From the IMG/VR virus record IMGVR_UViG_3300046820_000495, positions 1-64,000 of that record: 64,000 nt of DNA. One strand, 5' to 3'. A program made the position numbers and the translations under genes. This document shows positions 29,058 through 38,301 of this stretch, in pieces; within the stretch, counting starts at the first letter, position 1; each line of letters begins with the position of its first letter. This stretch comes from a virus. Below the pieces are notes generated by a model. That model ran no database searches. It was not told the DNA's origin and worked only from the letters and a program-made list of their open reading frames with translations.

Positions 29058-29501
29058 TTACCAACTTGCGCGGTAGTAAAAGTCCCATCCTGTCCATTCT
29101 TTAGACAAGATGTCCTCCAAGCGTCTTTTGGTCCGAACTAAGTCTTCCCAATACCATTCATCTACATCTTTGCTACCAAAAAAGAAACCCGACTGTGGCG
29201 GAAGCAGTTCCATAGCCTTCTTACGGTCCACAAGAACTTCATTGATGACTGCCAACAAGGCTTCGATGTGTTTACGTTCAACCCACGACTCTTGACATTC
29301 GTCCATACCATCTTGCACGTTATCCACAAACCATTTATGGATTGCATTTGACTTGCGCCAGTACATGAGTTCTGCTGTGATTTCTTTAACACGAGCATCG
29401 CCAAGTTCAGGGAATACTTCACCTACCTTGCCTGCAAGTTCATCTTCGCTGTGCCAAAGAAAACGTTTGGCATTCAAGTACATGTCTAAGCCCACGGCCA
29501 T
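29058..29501 (-). CDS. Conserved phage early hypothetical protein
   Basis: GLDMYL...YWRKSNAIHKWF...GFFFG...YYRASW pattern; start may be GTG at 29495. Confidence 0.7.
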   Translation of the reverse strand: MAVGLDMYLNAKRFLWHSEDELAGKVGEVFPELGDARVKEITAELMYWRKSNAIHKWFVDNVQDGMDECQESWVERKHIEALLAVINEVLVDRKKAMELLPPQSGFFFGSKDVDEWYWEDLVRTKRRLEDILSKEWTGWDFYYRASW

Positions 29502-29505
29502 CTCC

Positions 29506-29598
29506 TTAGGATTGTAATACAATTAGAATAAAGAATATCAATGCCATCCATGGATGCCCAGTCAAGAGCAAACATGTAAAAGCAAATATGCCTGCCAT
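29506..29598 (-). CDS. Possible 30-aa hydrophobic peptide
   Basis: MAGIFAFTCLLLTGHPWMALIFFILIVLQS; fills the gap between two ORFs. Confidence 0.4.
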   Translation of the reverse strand: MAGIFAFTCLLLTGHPWMALIFFILIVLQS

Positions 29599-29599
29599 A

Positions 29600-29764
29600 T
29601 TATGAATTGCAAGTAGCAAAAGGGCTCAGGTCTTCTGCACGTGGTGCAACCCAGGCTCGAACCACTGCTTCAAGATCAGCAAAGTTATAGTTCACTGGCG
29701 CAGGGCGAACACGTGAACGCTGATCGTGTGCTGTGTTTTTTTCGCGGTTGGTAAGAGTTGACAT
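29600..29764 (-). CDS. Small hypothetical protein, 54 aa
   Basis: Manual translation, SD AAGGA. Confidence 0.5.
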   Translation of the reverse strand: MSTLTNREKNTAHDQRSRVRPAPVNYNFADLEAVVRAWVAPRAEDLSPFATCNS

Positions 29765-29773
29765 GATGTTTCC

Positions 29774-29968
29774 TTAGAGTGATTTAATATGATTAATAAC
29801 TTGGTTTGCTTCTGCGTAACCAGAGTCTTCTAGCATTTGATCTTCATTCATTTCTGCTAGCATCTTCCTGGCTATCATTTCTAGGTCTTTTGTAGTTAAC
29901 GGGCCACTCAGTTTGTATGCCTGCACCCAACGAACCTTGTAGCCTTTGAATGGATCATTGTCTTCCAT
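29774..29968 (-). CDS. Hypothetical protein
   Basis: 64-aa ORF with SD. Confidence 0.55.
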   Translation of the reverse strand: MEDNDPFKGYKVRWVQAYKLSGPLTTKDLEMIARKMLAEMNEDQMLEDSGYAEANQVINHIKSL

Positions 29969-29969
29969 A

Positions 29970-30194
29970 TTAGTCCTTGGATGAAACTGACAGCTTGAAG
30001 AAGATGTTTACAAGAATCATCAAGCCCCAGGCCTGCAACCAAGAGATTTCGTTGATGCCTGTGACTGCAGGAACTAAACAACCGTTCCACAGCAACATCA
30101 CAGGGAAGCTAAAAACTGCACCAACGATTGCACCAAACAGGATGACACCTGCAATAATGCCAACGGCACTGGGGCGACCATTAAGAGTAAGCAT
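29970..30194 (-). CDS. Small membrane protein
   Basis: MLLWN-L-P...EISWLQAWGL, hydrophobic. Confidence 0.65.
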   Translation of the reverse strand: MLTLNGRPSAVGIIAGVILFGAIVGAVFSFPVMLLWNGCLVPAVTGINEISWLQAWGLMILVNIFFKLSVSSKD

Positions 30195-30466
30195 TATGCC
30201 ATCTCCAACATGTTAGCAGGAACGTTATAACGACCTTGCGGTGTGTTCACTAGTACAAACTTGACCTTGATCTTGTCAACGGTGCCGTTGTAGGTCATGC
30301 CATTTCGGTTGCTGGTGAATTTGACCTTGGCACCAATTGTGAGTTGACGCTTGGTTGACTTGACCAATGAGGCCTTTGCAAAGCGAACTGCATCAAGGAT
30401 GCTAGAAAGTTCAGTGTCAGTAAACTGACCAAACATGATTGCAGAATTGACTTGTTTGATATCCAT
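30194..30466 (-). CDS. Hypothetical protein (SH3/KOW-like C-terminus)
   Basis: L-IG-KV-F...G-V-KI...Y-VP-ML. Confidence 0.65.
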   Translation of the reverse strand: MDIKQVNSAIMFGQFTDTELSSILDAVRFAKASLVKSTKRQLTIGAKVKFTSNRNGMTYNGTVDKIKVKFVLVNTPQGRYNVPANMLEMA

Positions 30467-30497
30467 CTCGGACTCCTTGAGTTAATAAGTTAAATGA

Positions 30498-30851
30498 TTA
30501 ATCTAAACGTGAACCAGCATAAACACGATCTAGTCCCAACTTGTCTTTCAACACCTGGGCGTAGGCTTCTGCACCTGCTTCCAAAATACTAATGCTCTGA
30601 GTAGGGAAACCACTGGGGTTCCACAAACACAATGAACCGGTGTAGTCCTTACGGAAGCCTGTGGCCGCTAGCCACTTGCCCAGCTTGGAGTTTGAGCGAA
30701 CGCCGTAGACGTTAACCCAGGCAAAGCCACAAGCATCACGATCGCCATGCTTGGCGTGGAATGCCTTGGCGGCAGAGCGGGCTTGAATGCCTGCTTCGTT
30801 GCAAGTGTCTTGAACCAACTGCTCTGTGATGTGTGTTGCGATTGCTGTCAT
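30498..30851 (-). CDS. Conserved phage early hypothetical protein
   Basis: CGFAWV...QS-EA-A-AYA-L...SRLD pattern; SD GGAG. Confidence 0.7.
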   Translation of the reverse strand: MTAIATHITEQLVQDTCNEAGIQARSAAKAFHAKHGDRDACGFAWVNVYGVRSNSKLGKWLAATGFRKDYTGSLCLWNPSGFPTQSISILEAGAEAYAQVLKDKLGLDRVYAGSRLD

Positions 30852-30883
30852 TTTAAACTCCTGTTTTGTTTGCGTATGTATGT

Positions 30884-30912
30884 ATTATAGCACCGAACCA
30901 ATAACCCGTCAA
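30884..30912 (-). promoter_or_regulatory. Early sigma70-type promoter
   Basis: TTGACG-17-TATAAT. Confidence 0.8.
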
Positions 30913-30929
30913 CCTGATGGGCTATTGTA

Positions 30930-30947
30930 TGTTGTTTTTAAGCAACA
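30930..30947. promoter_or_regulatory. 18-bp palindromic operator-like site
   Basis: TGTTGTTTTTAAGCAACA just upstream of a -35 box. Confidence 0.55.
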
Positions 30948-31141
30948 AAGTCAAAAGCAAACTCCACTGGAGTTCGGCTGACGCGGACCTTGCCAAATCC
31001 AAAGGCCTTGGACAATTTGTGAAACACTTGACGGGCTTCGTCTTCAGTACAGTCAATAAAGAGTGTACCGTATTCAAAAGCGGCTTTGTTGTCGCCGAGA
31101 ACGCTTGAAACTTTGGTAAGAACAACTGTTTCGAAACCCAT
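30938..31141 (-). CDS. Hypothetical protein
   Basis: 67 aa, SD AAGGAG. Confidence 0.6.
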   Translation of the reverse strand: MGFETVVLTKVSSVLGDNKAAFEYGTLFIDCTEDEARQVFHKLSKAFGFGKVRVSRTPVEFAFDFVA

Positions 31142-31170
31142 TTAAACTCCTTTTTGCTTGCTATGTGTAT

Positions 31171-31199
31171 ATTATAGCGCAAATTGAGCCTAAGGTCAA
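31171..31199 (-). promoter_or_regulatory. Early sigma70-type promoter
   Basis: TTGACC-17-TATAAT. Confidence 0.8.
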
Positions 31200-31498
31200 C
31201 CGTTTTTCACAACTTTTTGTGTTATATTTTTGCGACTCTTTAAGGGTACTACCTTAGTATTACTTTTACTTTTTTGCTTTTTTACAACACGCTTAGAAAA
31301 CTCTTGACTTAGATAATAAGTGGTAATTTTTTTGCTAATGTAATAAACAACATCCGATGAATCGTCTTCAATGACCCACTGGTACGGGCAATGAATCCAA
31401 CTTGAAGTGCTAAGGAACTTATGGTACAGTTCTCGATGAGCTTTGTTGTTAGGATCAAATAGTGTAGGAGGCCTTTGATGTATGAATGATTTTAACAT
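31196..31498 (-). CDS. Hypothetical protein with basic C-terminus
   Basis: FDP-NK-HR...W-CP pattern. Confidence 0.6.
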   Translation of the reverse strand: MLKSFIHQRPPTLFDPNNKAHRELYHKFLSTSSWIHCPYQWVIEDDSSDVVYYISKKITTYYLSQEFSKRVVKKQKSKSNTKVVPLKSRKNITQKVVKNG

Positions 31499-31534
31499 GT
31501 GTGTAAATTACTACTAAAAGTTGGTAACAACGTA

Positions 31535-31564
31535 ATTATACACGAAGTGTTGTAAACAAGTCAA
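31535..31564 (-). promoter_or_regulatory. sigma70-type promoter
   Basis: TTGACT-18-TATAAT. Confidence 0.6.
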
Positions 31565-31631
31565 CCATGCTTTGGTTAGTTGGACCGTTATGTGCTATGA
31601 TAACTATATGAACACAACAAGGAACTTTTGA

Positions 31632-32393
31632 ATGGCTTGGGAAAAAACATACGACTTTTTTATACACTCGTTCTATGGCAACAACTTTGGTAAGAGAGTC
31701 AACGCCAACATCATCTACTCACCGGGTATTGACAGGATTATTGCAGTCGACAGTTATGATCCTTTCACTGCTGTAGAGTCTGCACAAATTTTATCATCCA
31801 AGCTTCCTTTGTTGGTAGGTATCCTAACAAAGAATGATGACATGGATATCAACAACTACAATTGCCTTGAGTACACGCTCAAAGAAAAGAACGCACAGGC
31901 CGGCTCCAGTTCAATCCTTGTTAGCAGACAAACGCCTTTACTCAAACGTCTAACAGGTGGTGTTGTTAAAGTTGGTCCAACTGTGGAGTATGGGGATGGT
32001 GACCGCAAAGAAGTATTGACACAGTTACATGAGTATGCTAAATTTGTTATCCAAGCTTGGCATGCTGTAAAGGTATTGGATTTGATTTTTAACATCTATC
32101 CATTGGGTGTGTATGCAGATGATTATTTCAACGACACCATACCTGCAGAGTTTAAAACACCATATGACAATACAAACATTGCCACTGGAACAGGTGTCAA
32201 ACAAGAAATGAAGAAAATACTTTATCGTGCCGATACACCAGCACAGGCATTACAACAAATAGAAGACCTGTGGGCGTCGGTTCCTGATGCTGTTCTGTTT
32301 CGTAATGCATGGTATCAAGTTTTAGAATTACCGCTTCCCGAGAGGCTGAAGAACATATCATACTCAGGCAACTTAACTGCCTTTGCTGTCTAA
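31632..32393 (+). CDS. Hypothetical protein, first gene of the PP-loop operon
   Basis: 253 aa, SD AAGGA, TAACTA at 31601-31606. Confidence 0.7.
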   Translation: MAWEKTYDFFIHSFYGNNFGKRVNANIIYSPGIDRIIAVDSYDPFTAVESAQILSSKLPLLVGILTKNDDMDINNYNCLEYTLKEKNAQAGSSSILVSRQTPLLKRLTGGVVKVGPTVEYGDGDRKEVLTQLHEYAKFVIQAWHAVKVLDLIFNIYPLGVYADDYFNDTIPAEFKTPYDNTNIATGTGVKQEMKKILYRADTPAQALQQIEDLWASVPDAVLFRNAWYQVLELPLPERLKNISYSGNLTAFAV

Positions 32394-33688
32394 TGCTAAA
32401 ACCCAACGATCCAATTTACTTCAGTAGCGTTATCTTCAACGGCTACCAAAATAAGTTTTGGCAGAACCTATATGATGAAGCACCTCCCAACAGTGGTGGC
32501 CGTTTTGCTATTAACTTGGCAAGACGTATCAACCCCAACAGATTTGTAAGTCGCGACAAGAGTTCATGGAGCCTGCCATGGAACCAACCTGTTTGGCCTG
32601 GCTTTGAGCTTCCAACATACAATCCCAACTTCTCAATGAGTTTTGAAGAAGCAACAGATTTACGAGCATTAGAAATTAAAGACCGTATCAACAATCATGG
32701 TGAGAAGTTTGCCATGATGTGGTCAGGTGGTATTGACAGTACACTAGCATTATCTGCTCTTATTAAGAACTTGACCAAAAGCGAATTAGCAAACATTGTT
32801 ATTTGTACAGGCACTATTGCACTTATTGAAAACCCAGAGTTTTGGCACAAGTTTGTACACGGCAAGTTCCAGTTGTTTGACAGTTTAAAAGTCAAGTATC
32901 ATGACTTGATTGGCATGGGCTATAGGCCTATTACCTGTGACGAAGGCGACTGTATCTTTGGTACTGCATTTGGTCTCAGCTTGTATTACAATTGGGAATC
33001 ATACGGAGATAAGATGAGTGCTGAAAGCCGTGCTCACATTGCCAGTATCATTGACAAAGCAACTGATCCGGAAGTACACTTTAGTCAGTTCAAAGACTTG
33101 CTGATTGCTTACTTCCAAATTCCACGCAAGCAAGGATTTCCTTGGCCCAGTATCGACGAACCAGATCCAGACTTTGGTCGCTTGCTGTATGAGAAGTATG
33201 CAAAGAACGCAATGACTACAGATGTTCCTATCCGTAGCTTGCATGATTTCTTTTGGTGGTTAATCTTTAACGTAAAATATTTGAACTGTGCTGTACGTGG
33301 TAGCTTATACTTTAACGATCACATTCCTGTGCAACAATGCGTAGACACTATTGTTAACTGGTTTAATGCTGACAACTACCAATTGTGGAGCATGGCCAAT
33401 AACAACAATGGTCAGAAGATTAGACACAATGCCGCTAGCTACAAGTGGGCGGCACGCGAGTACATTTATAGTGTAGACAAGAACATTTACTACAAGAACT
33501 TTAAACTTAAACTTGAGTCCATGGGCGTGGCCACATATAAACAAGATGTAAGCAGGTTACCGTTGGCAACTAGACCCAACGCACGTTTTGGTATAGACTC
33601 TAACTACAACTTGCTTTACATTGATCAACCTGATGTGCAGGAATATATCCGCCATCATATTATGAATTTTGAAATTGACTGGGGTTAA
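32393..33688 (+). CDS. Asparagine-synthetase-like N-type ATP pyrophosphatase
   Basis: MWSGGIDST PP-loop and TCDEGDCIFG (cf. AsnB G-G-D-LFG); start overlaps upstream TAA; no glutaminase domain evident. Confidence 0.7.
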   Translation: MLKPNDPIYFSSVIFNGYQNKFWQNLYDEAPPNSGGRFAINLARRINPNRFVSRDKSSWSLPWNQPVWPGFELPTYNPNFSMSFEEATDLRALEIKDRINNHGEKFAMMWSGGIDSTLALSALIKNLTKSELANIVICTGTIALIENPEFWHKFVHGKFQLFDSLKVKYHDLIGMGYRPITCDEGDCIFGTAFGLSLYYNWESYGDKMSAESRAHIASIIDKATDPEVHFSQFKDLLIAYFQIPRKQGFPWPSIDEPDPDFGRLLYEKYAKNAMTTDVPIRSLHDFFWWLIFNVKYLNCAVRGSLYFNDHIPVQQCVDTIVNWFNADNYQLWSMANNNNGQKIRHNAASYKWAAREYIYSVDKNIYYKNFKLKLESMGVATYKQDVSRLPLATRPNARFGIDSNYNLLYIDQPDVQEYIRHHIMNFEIDWG

Positions 33689-34642
33689 ATGAAACACTAT
33701 CCAAGTAAAGAAGAACTTGACAGCTTGCCAGGCTTTGGCAAGGACGGTTGGATTAAGTATCGCTTCAACAGAAGCTTTGAAAATCCATATCCAGAATCCG
33801 AAATGGATGCATACTTGTGTCCAAGCGGCCCATCTACTATTTTAAGCGTGGAGCAGGCATCAGATAACAATGCCATGGACATTTATGAAACATATGGAAA
33901 GCAAGGTCCATTGTTTGTGGCAATGAGCGGAGGTATTGACAGCGAATGGGTTGCCAAGACACTACATCGTAATAAGATTCCGTTTACTCCTATTATCTAT
34001 CAGTGCCAAGACTTACATAGTTTAGATACCTGGTGGGCATACAAATGGTGCAGAGAAAACGGATATGAGCCGGTAAAGTATACTGACCTTATTGGTGAGT
34101 TTGCTGATAGACTTATTCGTGTTGCTCGTGAAAACTGTACACGCCTAACAGGTGGCCCGGCAGCTATTTTACCATGTCGCGAATATGCAGAAAGTCGCGG
34201 TGGCTTCTTGTTAACAGGAGCAGGCTTCTTTGAATTCTTCCCAGATGACAACTCCGATTATATGTGGAGTCGTTACAAAGATACCAAACTGGTCGACGAT
34301 GAAGGTATTGCTCACGAGCATTGCTGGATCATCAGCGAGTGTGAATTTACACACGCACGTTGGACAGCGCCAGGACACCCTTGGAACTTTATGAGTTGGA
34401 CACCCGAGTCCTTCCTTGCTTATGTCAATGCCAGACAGGTTGGTCGTAACAGTGAATGGAACAAGGCAAAGATCTTTGGTTGCAGTCCACGTCCTAAGAT
34501 TGCTGGCGCACATGACTTCTTCTGGAGAACCAATCCACTAGTAGCCAAGTACATTATGCTTAAAAATAATCTTGGTTGTAGCGAAGTTGATAACTTGGGC
34601 ACAACTGAAGAAATTATTGCACGTTTAACAGGAACGATATGA
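33689..34642 (+). CDS. PP-loop (N-type ATP pyrophosphatase) family protein
   Basis: VAMSGGIDSE motif. Confidence 0.65.
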   Translation: MKHYPSKEELDSLPGFGKDGWIKYRFNRSFENPYPESEMDAYLCPSGPSTILSVEQASDNNAMDIYETYGKQGPLFVAMSGGIDSEWVAKTLHRNKIPFTPIIYQCQDLHSLDTWWAYKWCRENGYEPVKYTDLIGEFADRLIRVARENCTRLTGGPAAILPCREYAESRGGFLLTGAGFFEFFPDDNSDYMWSRYKDTKLVDDEGIAHEHCWIISECEFTHARWTAPGHPWNFMSWTPESFLAYVNARQVGRNSEWNKAKIFGCSPRPKIAGAHDFFWRTNPLVAKYIMLKNNLGCSEVDNLGTTEEIIARLTGTI

Positions 34643-35241
34643 GTACTAGAACACAAGAAGACCTTTATTTTCAAATCGCCGTAACTGCATTATCTTATAA
34701 CGATAGGAAACCAAACTTCACAGTTGACATCGACGGGAGAGATTCTGTTACATATCACTTTGATAAACGAAACAAGCAGACCATGGAATTTACATTCCCT
34801 GCCAAGTCTTTAGATTTTACATCGGACCATAGTCTTAACATTACATTACTCAATCATCCTGTGTTAACCAGTTTGTACAGTGGAGAAACACTAATAGAAT
34901 CTGCAGGACTTGAAATTATCAACATTGCAGCCATCTTCCTTCCTAGCAAACGTCAATACTCTATCCCAACAGGATTTGGACAAGAAGATACCACTGGAAG
35001 AAATGTTACAGTACCTCCACTGGCCCCACACATTGTAAAGTTTGGCGATCAGGTTGGATTTAAGTTTTGGTTAAATGGCGATATTCTAAGCAAAGAAGCC
35101 AAGTTCCATAAAGCAGATGGCTCTGTACAACAAAGCACTGGCAAGAACTTTAGAATGACACAAAACGGCACATTTAAACTTTCATTCCGTAGTCCCATAC
35201 CTTACTGGATACTGCAAAGATTTTATGTAGTTGACAAATGA
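34639..35241 (+). CDS. Hypothetical protein
   Basis: 200 aa, ATGA overlap with upstream gene. Confidence 0.65.
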   Translation: MSTRTQEDLYFQIAVTALSYNDRKPNFTVDIDGRDSVTYHFDKRNKQTMEFTFPAKSLDFTSDHSLNITLLNHPVLTSLYSGETLIESAGLEIINIAAIFLPSKRQYSIPTGFGQEDTTGRNVTVPPLAPHIVKFGDQVGFKFWLNGDILSKEAKFHKADGSVQQSTGKNFRMTQNGTFKLSFRSPIPYWILQRFYVVDK

Positions 35242-35267
35242 AAAAAGCCCTCGAAAGAGGGCTTTTT
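35242..35267. terminator. Bidirectional intrinsic terminator
   Basis: AAAAAGCCCTC-GAAA-GAGGGCTTTTT between convergent operons. Confidence 0.9.
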
Positions 35268-35284
35268 GTTGAGTCAAGCTTAAA

Positions 35285-35578
35285 TTAAGCTTCTGTCATT
35301 GTAATGCCGTTAGCCGCATTATATGCATCTAAGGCAGTACGATTGCTGGCGTTGACTGAGTCAGCCGCCCATTCAGTGTAGGCTGCTTCGTTAACGTATG
35401 TGTTTTTAACAACAAGTGTTAAACGATCAGGACTGATTTCAGAAGAAATGCCTAATATTTTAGCAACTGCACCGTTTGTATAAACAGTACGGTTGTGAAT
35501 AATTGTAGCATCATCAGGCTTGTAGAAAGCAGTAGAAGTGTTGCTTCTAACCATTGTTAATGTTTTAGTGAAAGCCAT
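35285..35578 (-). CDS. Small paralog-family protein 3
   Basis: R-N...SPDRLTL...TY...AD...YN-ANGI motifs shared with the two upstream ORFs. Confidence 0.7.
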   Translation of the reverse strand: MAFTKTLTMVRSNTSTAFYKPDDATIIHNRTVYTNGAVAKILGISSEISPDRLTLVVKNTYVNEAAYTEWAADSVNASNRTALDAYNAANGITMTEA

Positions 35579-35588
35579 GATTGTTTCC

Positions 35589-35888
35589 TTATAGTGTACC
35601 TAAAATAACTGTAATGTTATTTTCAGTGTTGTACGTGTCCATTACAGTCATGTTAGCGGCTACAATTGGGTCTGCCATAAAAGCGGCATGTGTTTCTACG
35701 CTAGACCATGTACTGGCCATAGTTAACGATAGTCTATCTTCTGATAGCATGAACTCTGATTTACGTAAGTCACCAGATCCAAATCTGTATGTGGCGTTGA
35801 TATAATCCAAGACTGTGCTTGGAGTTTGAAACCAGGCTACACTAGCGTTTGGGCGAATAGTGGTTCTTGTTAATGTAATGTCTGACAT
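35589..35888 (-). CDS. Small paralog-family protein 2
   Basis: RPN-V-WF...SEDRLSL...TW...ADP...YN-ENNI; TAAATA at 35925-35930. Confidence 0.7.
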   Translation of the reverse strand: MSDITLTRTTIRPNASVAWFQTPSTVLDYINATYRFGSGDLRKSEFMLSEDRLSLTMASTWSSVETHAAFMADPIVAANMTVMDTYNTENNITVILGTL

Positions 35889-35971
35889 TTTTTAAAATCC
35901 TTTTAGCAATAAATGCATCAAATTTATTTATGATTTAACAGGAAACCATCGTGGCCTGTTGCTTCTTTTAT

Positions 35972-36286
35972 TTAGTCCGTTTGGGACATATCCGAGATAT
36001 CTTGTGCAATAATGCCATTTTCGACATTATATGCATTGCTTTCTATGATAGAAATTAGTACAATTGGATCGCGTCTGAACTTTAAGTACTCATCATATGA
36101 AATCCATGTTCTAGTAATCAAGAAAGTTGTTCCGGTGTTTTCGTACATTTCTGCTATCAGTGTTGGGTTTTCGGCGTTTCTGCCATAAGTTTTCCACATG
36201 TACTCAACTGAGGCCAAATCAAAGTGAAAATCTACATCTGCGTTTGGGCGGACCGTTATTAGTTTCTGAATAAATTGCTTTTGCAT
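35972..36286 (-). CDS. Small paralog-family protein 1 (start trimmed to 36286)
   Basis: RPN-V-F...TW...DPIV...YN-ENGI; SD GGAG and TAAATA at 36303-36308. Confidence 0.7.
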   Translation of the reverse strand: MQKQFIQKLITVRPNADVDFHFDLASVEYMWKTYGRNAENPTLIAEMYENTGTTFLITRTWISYDEYLKFRRDPIVLISIIESNAYNVENGIIAQDISDMSQTD

Positions 36287-36336
36287 TATTGCTCCTGTAC
36301 TATATTTAGCATGTGGGTATCGAGTGTGCTTGCCGC

Positions 36337-36365
36337 TTGCGTTTGACAAACAAAGAGCGTATAAT
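36337..36365 (+). promoter_or_regulatory. sigma70-type promoter for the HNH gene
   Basis: TTGCGT-17-TATAAT, with TTGACA also present at 36343. Confidence 0.55.
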
Positions 36366-36404
36366 AAAATGCTAAGTAATTCGACAGCCAAACTTTCAAT
36401 TTTT

Positions 36405-36962
36405 ATGATTGCAGAAAACCAATACCCAGCATTACTACTAAATGCTGACTTCCAACCGGTGCACATGCATCCACTCAGTACAATTACATGGCAGGATGCT
36501 ATCAAGTCTGTATTTGCGGACCGTGTAACTGTGGTCGAAGAATACGACGTAGAAGTACACAGTGGACATCAATCTTGGAGACTTCCAAGTGTTGTGGCTC
36601 TAAAGGATTATGTACGTAGAGATCAGACGCCTACATTTAGCCGTTACAATGTATACCTGCGTGATTCCTTTGCTTGCCAATACTGTGGCGGGGAATTTGA
36701 AGCCAAGCATTTGACATTTGACCATGTTATTCCAAGAGCACATGGTGGTATCAGTTCATGGCAAAACGTTGTTGCGGCTTGCAGTCCTTGCAATCATCGC
36801 AAGGGTTCTAAGTTACCAGCCGAAGCTAAAATGTTCCCAATAAACAAGCCAGTGGCACCTAGTGCTTGGGACTTGTATGCTCGCGGCAAGAAGCGGCCAT
36901 ATAAGAATCTCCACGAAACGTGGAGAGACTACTTGTACTGGGATAGTGAGCTAGAGTCTTAA
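36405..36962 (+). CDS. HNH endonuclease
   Basis: LLLNAD-P, RD-CQYCG, LTFDHVIP-GG, W-NVVAAC-CN-KG. Confidence 0.9.
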   Translation: MIAENQYPALLLNADFQPVHMHPLSTITWQDAIKSVFADRVTVVEEYDVEVHSGHQSWRLPSVVALKDYVRRDQTPTFSRYNVYLRDSFACQYCGGEFEAKHLTFDHVIPRAHGGISSWQNVVAACSPCNHRKGSKLPAEAKMFPINKPVAPSAWDLYARGKKRPYKNLHETWRDYLYWDSELES

Positions 36963-37573
36963 GGCGCGGTATAATAATCCCCTGGCCCATCAACAAGGGC
37001 TATGGGGTTTAGTTTATCAATCTTAATGGCCACAAGCCATTTTTCTTCTGGCATAATGTCTAAGATCAAATGAGTGCGCGGAGTATCTCCGCGATTGGTA
37101 GCACTATGTATAACACGATTGTTCAACTCATATAGATTACCCAGATCCATGTGGTATTCTTCTCCTTCCCATAACTGAACACAATTTTCATTTGTGTATA
37201 TAGGAACATGTAGTCTAACACAATTGTCGTGGAACCAACATGGATCTTTGTGCCAACCAAGTGTAACGCCTGGCACAAGTGTAGCAACCTCTCCACGTAT
37301 CCATTTGTAACCTTTGTACTGCGGCAGACTCATTATCCAGTCTAGTAAAGGTCTACTGGCTTTTAAAATTGCACTTTGCTCGGGTGTATACTCTTTGTTT
37401 GGCTTTGCAATAGGAAAAGGATATTCAACTAGCTTACCCGATGCAAGGACTTTTTCAAATCTGTCATACTTTCCGTTTGACCAATCTGCTACTGCTTTAC
37501 ATGCTTCAGTAACAGGGTCTATTAGCTCGGAAGCCACTGTTGAAATTATCCTGTGGTTTGATTCGAATAACAT
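36959..37573 (-). CDS. 2OG-Fe(II) oxygenase, Asp/Asn beta-hydroxylase-like
   Basis: WHKD, RLHVPI-TN, HSATN-G-R-HLILD. Confidence 0.8.
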   Translation of the reverse strand: MLFESNHRIISTVASELIDPVTEACKAVADWSNGKYDRFEKVLASGKLVEYPFPIAKPNKEYTPEQSAILKASRPLLDWIMSLPQYKGYKWIRGEVATLVPGVTLGWHKDPCWFHDNCVRLHVPIYTNENCVQLWEGEEYHMDLGNLYELNNRVIHSATNRGDTPRTHLILDIMPEEKWLVAIKIDKLNPIALVDGPGDYYTAP

Positions 37574-38301
37574 TACCAGTCCTTAATTTTTATAATTTTT
37601 CTAATTTCTCTTGGCCTGTATGTTCTGCAATTCCAGTTCTTGGCAAAAGGTTTTACTGCACTTTTTAAAATGTCAACAAGCATGATAATCCTGAAGTCTT
37701 TACCTTCATGCTTTGTGCCATGGAACACATTACAGTCATCAAATGCAAATAGCTCTCCATCGACCCATTCGTGTCTTTCGTTTTCAATATCAAACACACA
37801 ACCTTTTGCACCCTTTAACACCAAGTGGAATCTAACATAGTTGTCATCAAGACCCCAGTGGTGATTTAGTCTACTACCGGGTAAGCAAGTGTTGAATGTG
37901 ATTCCACCGATTACATCAATATTGTCCATCATCCATTTTTCAGTGAAAGGAAAGCTTGCAATTGTATCTTCAAAGAACATTACATGATTGCCACCTGGCT
38001 CTCTCCACTTGTTCCACTTTAATGTAAATGCTTCGTTAATGTCAACTAGAGTGTCTCTAAGTAAAAGTGATGTAGCTTTAAAATTACCATAGTACAACTG
38101 ATCCTTAAAGAAGTCAGTGGTGTAGTTTAGCTTTGCACCAGTTTCTCTTTCCATTAGACCTTCTGTAGTAATGGATTCTAAGTTTAATTTTTTCTTCAGA
38201 TGCTCTAATATTTCATCACGTATGATTGTCCAATTTTCAGTTAAAGGATCTAAAAGTGGGCAATCATTAAAATACATGTAGTGAGATTTTTTACTGTCCA
38301 C
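37573..38301 (-). CDS. 2OG-Fe(II) oxygenase, Asp/Asn beta-hydroxylase-like
   Basis: PG-L-HHWG, RFHL, W-DG-FDD-H, R-LVD. Confidence 0.8.
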   Translation of the reverse strand: MDSKKSHYMYFNDCPLLDPLTENWTIIRDEILEHLKKKLNLESITTEGLMERETGAKLNYTTDFFKDQLYYGNFKATSLLLRDTLVDINEAFTLKWNKWREPGGNHVMFFEDTIASFPFTEKWMMDNIDVIGGITFNTCLPGSRLNHHWGLDDNYVRFHLVLKGAKGCVFDIENERHEWVDGELFAFDDCNVFHGTKHEGKDFRIIMLVDILKSAVKPFAKNWNCRTYRPREIRKIIKIKDW

